Under the pieces are notes generated by a model, which was not told where the DNA came from, made no database searches, and was given only the letters and a program-made list of their open reading frames with translations. From the NCBI GenBank assembly GCA_000146045.2, contig BK006949.2, positions 192,001 to 256,000 on the forward strand: a stretch of 64,000 nucleotides of DNA, written 5' to 3'. A program made the position numbers and the translations under genes. This document shows, piece by piece, positions 54,990 through 64,000 of the stretch (positions are counted from its first letter, which is position 1; every line of letters begins with the position of its first letter). The stretch comes from TPA_inf: Saccharomyces (Eukaryota).

Positions 54990-57900
54990 ATGTCTTCTGG
55001 TTTGGTCTTAGAAAACACGGCACGTAGAGATGCGTTAATCGCCATCGAAAAGAAGTACCAAAAAATATGGGCTGAAGAGCACCAATTTGAAATCGATGCG
55101 CCATCAATCGAAGATGAGCCCATTACAATGGACTCTGAAGAGTTACATCGCACGTATCCTAAATTCATGTCGTCTATGGCCTATCCTTATATGAACGGTG
55201 TTATGCACGCCGGCCATTGTTTTACTCTCTCCAAAGTCGAATTTTCTATTGGTTTTGAAAGGATGAACGGTAAAAGAGCTTTGTTTCCATTGGGTTTTCA
55301 CTGTACAGGTATGCCAATCTTAGCATGTGCCGATAAACTAAAGAGGGAAGCCGAACTTTTTGGCAAGAACTTCGACAATGTACCAGCAGAAGAAGAAGAA
55401 ATTAAAGAAGAAACGCCGGCTGAGAAAGACCACGAGGATGTTACCAAATTCAAAGCTAAAAAATCTAAAGCCGCAGCCAAGAAGGGCCGTGGTAAGTACC
55501 AATTCGAAATCATGTTACAGCTTGGTATCCCTAGAGAAGAAATCATTAAGTTCGCCGACGCCAAGTACTGGTTGACCTATTTCCCACCTTTGTGTGAAAG
55601 TGATTGTACTTCACTTGGGGCTCGTATCGATTGGAGACGTTCTTTTGTCACCACTGATGCCAATCCTTATTACGATGCCTTTATTAGATGGCAAATGAAC
55701 AAGTTAAAGGCTGCTGGTAAAATCAAATTCGGTGAACGTTATACTATTTACTCTGAAAAAGATGGTCAAGCTTGTATGGATCACGATAGACAATCCGGTG
55801 AAGGTGTTACACCACAAGAATATATTGGTGTGAAAATTGAAGCTTTAGAGTTCGCCGATGATGCCGCAAAAATCATTGATTCAAGCTCAGATCTTGACAA
55901 ATCCAAAAAATTCTACTTTGTCGCTGCCACGTTGAGACCGGAAACTATGTATGGACAAACATGTTGTTTTGTTTCTCCAACAATTGAGTATGGTATATTT
56001 GACGCTGGTGATTCTTATTTTATCACTACTGAACGTGCATTCAAGAACATGTCTTACCAAAAGCTAACACCAAAGAGAGGCTTCTACAAGCCGATAGTTA
56101 CTGTCCCAGGTAAGGCATTTATCGGTACCAAGATTCATGCCCCACAATCTGTATATCCAGAACTAAGAATATTGCCTATGGAAACTGTCATTGCTACCAA
56201 GGGTACTGGTGTCGTCACGTGTGTACCATCTAATTCACCAGATGACTACATTACCACCAAGGACTTGTTGCACAAACCTGAATACTACGGCATTAAACCT
56301 GAATGGATTGACCATGAAATTGTTCCAATTATGCATACCGAAAAGTATGGTGATTTAACTGCAAAGGCTATTGTTGAAGAAAAAAAAATTCAATCTCCAA
56401 AGGATAAGAACTTGTTAGCAGAAGCCAAGAAAATTGCTTACAAGGAAGATTACTACACTGGTACCATGATATATGGTCCTTATAAAGGTGAGAAGGTCGA
56501 ACAAGCCAAAAACAAGGTTAAGGCTGATATGATTGCCGCCGGTGAAGCTTTCGTCTACAACGAACCAGAATCTCAGGTCATGTCACGTTCTGGTGATGAC
56601 TGTATCGTTTCTTTGGAAGATCAATGGTACGTTGATTACGGTGAAGAAAGTTGGAAGAAACAAGCAATTGAATGTTTGGAAGGGATGCAATTATTTGCTC
56701 CTGAGGTAAAAAACGCATTTGAAGGTGTTTTGGATTGGTTGAAAAACTGGGCTGTTTGCCGTACATACGGGTTAGGTACCAGATTGCCTTGGGATGAAAA
56801 ATACTTAGTTGAGTCTTTATCAGACTCTACTATTTATCAATCATTTTATACCATTGCTCACTTACTATTTAAGGATTATTATGGTAACGAAATTGGACCA
56901 TTAGGCATTTCAGCTGATCAAATGACAGATGAGGTTTTCGATTACATTTTCCAACATCAGGATGATGTCAAGAACACCAATATTCCTTTGCCTGCTTTAC
57001 AAAAGTTGAGAAGGGAATTTGAGTATTTCTACCCATTAGACGTCTCAATTTCCGGGAAGGATTTGATCCCTAACCATTTAACTTTCTTCATTTACACACA
57101 TGTTGCATTATTCCCAAAGAAATTCTGGCCTAAAGGTATCAGAGCTAACGGTCATTTGATGTTAAACAATTCTAAAATGTCGAAATCTACAGGTAATTTT
57201 ATGACTTTAGAACAAACGGTTGAAAAGTTCGGTGCTGATGCAGCTCGTATTGCGTTTGCCGATGCGGGAGATACTGTTGAAGATGCAAATTTTGACGAAT
57301 CTAACGCTAATGCTGCTATTCTGAGATTATTCAATTTGAAGGAGTGGGCAGAAGAAATTACCAAGGAATCTAACTTGAGAACTGGGGAAATTACAGATTT
57401 CTTTGATATCGCGTTTGAACACGAAATGAATGCTCTGATTGAAAAGACTTATGAACAGTATGCATTGACTAATTATAAGAATGCCTTGAAATACGGTCTT
57501 TTTGATTTCCAAGCTGCTAGGGATTACTATCGTGAAGCTAGTGGTGTAATGCATAAAGATTTAATTGCACGTTATATTGAAACACAAGCCTTATTGCTGG
57601 CTCCAATTGCGCCTCATTTCGCTGAGTATATTTACCGTGAAGTTCTAGGTAACCAAACCTCTGTACAAAATGCCAAATTTCCACGTGCATCCAAACCAGT
57701 AGATAAGGGTGTTCTGGCTGCTTTGGATTACTTGAGAAATCTACAGAGAAGCATAAGAGAAGGCGAAGGGCAAGCACTAAAAAAGAAGAAGGGCAAGTCT
57801 GCTGAAATCGATGCATCCAAACCTGTTAAGTTGACTTTATTGATCTCTGAATCATTTCCAGAATGGCAATCACAATGCGTGGAAATCGTCCGTAAACTAT

Positions 57901-58262
57901 TCAGCGAACAGACTTTAGACGATAACAAAAAGGTCAGAGAGCATATTGAGCCTAAAGAAATGAAGAGAGCTATGCCATTCATTTCTCTATTGAAACAACG
58001 TTTAGCTAATGAAAAGCCAGAGGATGTGTTTGAAAGAGAGTTACAATTCAGCGAAATCGATACTGTCAAGGCTGCTGCAAGGAATGTTAAGAAGGCAGCA
58101 CAAGCTTTGAAAATTGCTGAATTTAGCGCAATTTCTTTCCCATATGGCGCCAAAACCGGTAAGGATATCTTTACTGGTGAAGAAGTTGAAATTCCACCTG
58201 TAACAAAGATTGTTGAAAATGCTGTTCCAGGTAACCCAGGTGTTGTCTTCCAAAATATTTAA
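54990..58262 (+). CDS. CDC60: Cytosolic leucyl-tRNA synthetase CDC60 (YPL160W).
   Basis: The 1090-aa ORF has the class-I aaRS HIGH-type motif (NGVMHAGHCF) and KMSKS (NSKMSKSTGN). It has a CP1 editing domain and archaeal/eukaryal LeuRS architecture. Confidence 0.95.
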   Translation: MSSGLVLENTARRDALIAIEKKYQKIWAEEHQFEIDAPSIEDEPITMDSEELHRTYPKFMSSMAYPYMNGVMHAGHCFTLSKVEFSIGFERMNGKRALFPLGFHCTGMPILACADKLKREAELFGKNFDNVPAEEEEIKEETPAEKDHEDVTKFKAKKSKAAAKKGRGKYQFEIMLQLGIPREEIIKFADAKYWLTYFPPLCESDCTSLGARIDWRRSFVTTDANPYYDAFIRWQMNKLKAAGKIKFGERYTIYSEKDGQACMDHDRQSGEGVTPQEYIGVKIEALEFADDAAKIIDSSSDLDKSKKFYFVAATLRPETMYGQTCCFVSPTIEYGIFDAGDSYFITTERAFKNMSYQKLTPKRGFYKPIVTVPGKAFIGTKIHAPQSVYPELRILPMETVIATKGTGVVTCVPSNSPDDYITTKDLLHKPEYYGIKPEWIDHEIVPIMHTEKYGDLTAKAIVEEKKIQSPKDKNLLAEAKKIAYKEDYYTGTMIYGPYKGEKVEQAKNKVKADMIAAGEAFVYNEPESQVMSRSGDDCIVSLEDQWYVDYGEESWKKQAIECLEGMQLFAPEVKNAFEGVLDWLKNWAVCRTYGLGTRLPWDEKYLVESLSDSTIYQSFYTIAHLLFKDYYGNEIGPLGISADQMTDEVFDYIFQHQDDVKNTNIPLPALQKLRREFEYFYPLDVSISGKDLIPNHLTFFIYTHVALFPKKFWPKGIRANGHLMLNNSKMSKSTGNFMTLEQTVEKFGADAARIAFADAGDTVEDANFDESNANAAILRLFNLKEWAEEITKESNLRTGEITDFFDIAFEHEMNALIEKTYEQYALTNYKNALKYGLFDFQAARDYYREASGVMHKDLIARYIETQALLLAPIAPHFAEYIYREVLGNQTSVQNAKFPRASKPVDKGVLAALDYLRNLQRSIREGEGQALKKKKGKSAEIDASKPVKLTLLISESFPEWQSQCVEIVRKLFSEQTLDDNKKVREHIEPKEMKRAMPFISLLKQRLANEKPEDVFERELQFSEIDTVKAAARNVKKAAQALKIAEFSAISFPYGAKTGKDIFTGEEVEIPPVTKIVENAVPGNPGVVFQNI

Positions 58263-58906
58263 AGGAGAATATTTCAAGATGCCTCATGGTGATTTTCCGA
58301 TAAAAGATACAAGAAATTCTCATAGAAATACTTATAAAGATCAATAAACAGCAACCAGAAATCACGTCGCATTGATAATTTGCCTCGTATATATCGTATA
58401 ATTATTGTAATTGCACAACTGTTTTTGTTTTGTATTCGTTCATTTTCTTGTAAAATGTTTCCACATTTTCTTGTGGAGGATATGTATATTGATTCTTTAC
58501 TTATTCGTGTTATTTTAGCTGCAAATATCTGGGTTTGAGGGCTATTTGACTAGTCTAGAGAAAAGTAGTCGTGAGAAAACTATATTAGATAGATGGATGA
58601 GAGGAGCAGGTCAATAAGTAAAAGAATAATAAATAAATATATAAAAATATACATGTAAAAAAGGTGTTCTAAATGAATGATAAAGTTTATGAATGTAATA
58701 TACTCTAAGGATGTAAGAAAAAAACCGTTGCGTATGTATAATAAACAGGTCTATGATGTTAAAAGATGAAAAGGCCTAATAAAGTGAACAGAACCGGAAG
58801 AAACTAAAAATAAATAAAACCCAAGTAACCACGTACAAAAAGCACATTGATGCTAAGAAGATCTCCCTGCTAGGAAAACAGAAATCAGAATGAAACGTTT
58901 CAATAA

Positions 58907-59668
58907 TCATCCCTCAAGTTTTTTCTTCATTTGGAGCAACGTCACTACTGACTTTTTTCTCCCCTTTCCTCTTCTCTTTGAAAATTCATCCATTTTCCGC
59001 TGAAGCGTCTCACTTGTTTTATTGTCAACTAATGTATTTCTCTTAGCACTTACATGAATAAGCTCATTTGTGTTCATTGATTTTTCCTTAGGTGGATGAA
59101 AAGGCTTCAAATTTTTCAGTAGTTCACTAGGTATATTCTCCCACTCTGAAAAGAATTCAAGTCCAGTGGCAGAGGAAATCCATGGTGATAGAGGTTCATT
59201 TAAATCTTCAAGCTTCATCGCAAATTCGTATAACGTACTTCCGGTGTCTTCCTTTAGCTTCGGGTCATTGGGATTGATGAATAAGGGTCTATATCCAGAA
59301 TAGAGTACATTTGTGGTCATGTCACTCTGCTTTAAATGTGAGGTGGATGGTACTCTTGGTAGCCACGAAAAATCGCTTCTTTTCTTTTTTAAATGAGAAC
59401 CTCTCACATCGCTATGTTCTTTCTTTGTGATTGTCTTGTTTTGCTTTATAAGTGGTGCAGTATGTTCGTGTTCCGGGGGTTGACGATGGTACGCTGCCTT
59501 TTTACTGCCCTTTTTTCTTTTGGATTTCATTTGATTTTTAGATAGTAAAGACTGGTTACTTAAGAACGTAAAGGAAGACTGAAATCTTCTAGAAGTGAGA
59601 ACTATTCCTGAAGAAATGGCATTGTTCCTTGATAAAGGCGGAATAAATGGACGAGCTAGCTTCAACAT
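58907..59668 (-). CDS. PET20: Mitochondrial protein PET20 (YPL159C).
   Basis: The 253-aa ORF has a basic N-terminal presequence (MLKLARPFIPPLSRNNAISSGIVLTSRRF). The call rests on position and recalled length. Confidence 0.8.
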   Translation of the reverse strand: MLKLARPFIPPLSRNNAISSGIVLTSRRFQSSFTFLSNQSLLSKNQMKSKRKKGSKKAAYHRQPPEHEHTAPLIKQNKTITKKEHSDVRGSHLKKKRSDFSWLPRVPSTSHLKQSDMTTNVLYSGYRPLFINPNDPKLKEDTGSTLYEFAMKLEDLNEPLSPWISSATGLEFFSEWENIPSELLKNLKPFHPPKEKSMNTNELIHVSAKRNTLVDNKTSETLQRKMDEFSKRRGKGRKKSVVTLLQMKKKLEG

Positions 59669-60033
59669 AGTTTATCGTCCGACTTTGCGTTCTGACCTGC
59701 TGAATATACGATTAGTAGTTTTAAAAGCACCTTTATAATGTTCGACAGCAAGGAGTGCTATATCTAGCGGGTGTTTGTGTACGTATGACGGAATAAGTTA
59801 AAGAAACATCTAAGTTATTTAAATAGTTGCTATAACTACCCTTTGGGATAAACGATTCTGATATTGCGAGCGAAAAAAAGAAACGGTAGACAGAATAGGC
59901 GTTTGTTATCGTCGATGGTGATAAAAGGCGATATCGCCATTAAGGTAAACAATTATTATGATTATGGTTCTTATGGTTGATACGTTGATTTATATTAATA
60001 TTAATGAATGCAAACTTATGTTATTATATATTT

Positions 60034-62346
<2,313 letters not shown>

Positions 62347-62813
62347 TTATTTGAGCACTATTGTTAAGTTAATTGTTCTTGTTTTACTTGTTAAGCCGTT
62401 AAGTTGTCAACCGAATTATCAAGCACTTAAATCTATATATACAACATATTTGTACAAGAATTGATGACCTGCTGAAAGCCCAGCAATCTGGTTATCCCAG
62501 TTGAACATGTTTAAGGATAGGCATATCGACTTCTTTATCTTACTAACCGAAATATTGAATTGCCTGTGTAATGAATGGCTGGAGCAGCCTTTTTTTTATC
62601 TTCGCCAGCCATCGCTTTTTTTGAATATTTTCCACATGAAAACAATGTATGAAAAATTCTAAGGCATCGCACCAAACTATATGAAGGGGAAGTGAGTTAT
62701 TCCGCAAACAGCGAGTAAGTTTTTCGTTGTATTGATTGCCCATATTATATACCGTGTTGTGGGGGCAACAGACAGAAGTAGAAGAAAAAATTTTTGTTGA
62801 TTTAACTGAAGTG

Positions 62814-63761
62814 ATGGGAAGGACATTTATTCATGCTTCGAAAATAAAACATGCGGCACGCAAAAGAAAACATCATTCCAACTTTAGAACTCTGATCAAA
62901 TTATTGAACAATGATGCCTATAAGATAGAATCATCAAAACCGTTGAAAAATGGTAAACTTTTCAAATACTGGAAAAATAGGCGTAGATTGTTTTCAAAGA
63001 TAGATTCGGCGTCGATATATATGACTGATGAGCTGTGGTTCAGTGTGACGCCCGAAAGAATTGCCTGCTTCCTGGCAAATTTTGTTAAGGCATGCATGCC
63101 AAATGCCGAAAGAATACTGGATGTTTTCTGTGGTGGGGGCGGGAACACCATACAATTTGCCATGCAATTTCCTTACGTCTATGGAGTGGACTACAGTATT
63201 GAACACATATATTGTACTGCGAAAAACGCCCAAAGCTACGGTGTGGACGACAGAATATGGCTGAAGCGGGGATCCTGGAAAAAGCTAGTCTCTAAGCAGA
63301 AACTTTCCAAAATAAAGTACGACTGTGTATTTGGATCACCCCCGTGGGGTGGTCCAGAATACTTAAGAAACGATGTGTATGACTTAGAGCAACATCTAAA
63401 GCCTATGGGGATTACCAAGATGTTGAAAAGTTTTCTTAAACTAAGCCCTAATGTGATTATGTTTTTGCCAAGGAACTCTGATTTGAACCAGCTTTCTCGA
63501 GCTACGAGGAAAGTACTAGGTCCATTTGCCAAATGTAAAGTATTATATGTAAAGGAGAATGGATATATGAAAGGAATATTTTGCATGTGGGGGGAATGCT
63601 TTTTTAACTACGAACCAGCAAGTACGGAGAATAGTCGAAGGGAGTCGTCCGAAAAGGAAGAGCTGAGTTCTGAAAACGAAGAGCTCTCGAAAAGAAAAAA
63701 GCATGAATCCACAACAACGACCAAAGATAATACTGTAGACATTTACGACGTAAATGGTTAA
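62814..63761 (+). CDS. TGS1: Trimethylguanosine synthase TGS1 (YPL157W), a snRNA/snoRNA cap hypermethylase.
   Basis: It has the SAM-binding motif I VFCGGGGNTIQFA and a downstream motif SPPWGGP. The first ATG is at 62814 (MGRTFIHASKIKHAARKRKHH...), giving the recalled 315 aa. The track ORF begins at a TTG at 62736. Confidence 0.88.
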   Translation: MGRTFIHASKIKHAARKRKHHSNFRTLIKLLNNDAYKIESSKPLKNGKLFKYWKNRRRLFSKIDSASIYMTDELWFSVTPERIACFLANFVKACMPNAERILDVFCGGGGNTIQFAMQFPYVYGVDYSIEHIYCTAKNAQSYGVDDRIWLKRGSWKKLVSKQKLSKIKYDCVFGSPPWGGPEYLRNDVYDLEQHLKPMGITKMLKSFLKLSPNVIMFLPRNSDLNQLSRATRKVLGPFAKCKVLYVKENGYMKGIFCMWGECFFNYEPASTENSRRESSEKEELSSENEELSKRKKHESTTTTKDNTVDIYDVNG

Positions 63762-64000
63762 ACACTTGTTCAAGTTGAATCGTATGATAGAAAATGCAAT
63801 GACTATGTTATGAATGTATATATAGCACATAAAGAGGATCGCTTACGTGAATTTGGGAATAATTAAAACGTTCTTTTAGCTGCGGCTGCTCGTCGATAGG
63901 AGTGATAACAAATTAAGAATTAGAAGGGATGTCTTTTTTTTCTACCAGCAAGTTGCCACGCGCTTCAGACTTTAGAAGAGGTAGTAGCAATCCCTTCGAA

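Noticed and set aside
63543-63830. A 95-aa minus-strand ORF overlapping the 3' end of TGS1.
   Set aside because: It is antisense to the conserved TGS1 C-terminus. The translation is hydrophobic and low-complexity, and it has a non-ATG start.

Overview
This window is Saccharomyces cerevisiae nuclear DNA, and I find no undescribed system in it. It is a gene-dense, collinear stretch of chromosome XVI left arm, running from the 3' part of POS5 (YPL188W) through MF(ALPHA)1 to TGS1 (YPL157W). From memory only (no database was queried), this fits S288C chrXVI roughly 192,001-256,000, because MF(ALPHA)1 begins at window position 1648, which would place it at about 193,648. Gene identities were called from the translated ORFs: conserved catalytic motifs, recalled protein lengths and recalled gene order. 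The six-frame ORF track evidently accepts TTG and GTG as start codons. I therefore re-derived ATG starts for RTT10, TRE1, REV3, ATG29 and TGS1. I also re-derived a spliced structure for SPT14, with a 17-nt first exon, a GTATGT 5' splice site, a TACTAAC branch point and an AG 3' site. The non-coding content includes one tRNA-Glu(UUC) gene. Upstream of it sits a Ty-LTR cluster: a divergent solo LTR, plus a solo delta flanked by an intact 5-bp GTAAA target-site duplication. Regulatory sites I can support are the P-prime/Q elements and TATA of MF(ALPHA)1, two SCB boxes in the SVS1 promoter, and two Yap1-type sites upstream of OYE3. Repeats include the 4x alpha-factor coding repeat, the poly-Asn tract of MRN1, the poly-D/E tract of AIM44, a 12-bp minisatellite 3' of PPQ1, and (TA)n and poly(dA) tracts. 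There are no CRISPR arrays or prokaryotic features. Items worth a second look are the Ty hotspot at tE(UUC), a GC-rich island in the 2-kb CUP9 upstream region, and a perfect 10-bp GC palindrome with Leu3-like CCG-N4-CGG geometry between BEM4 and CDC60. Further items are repeat-encoded low-complexity tracts and two poorly characterised ORFs (YPL162C, MRX4).
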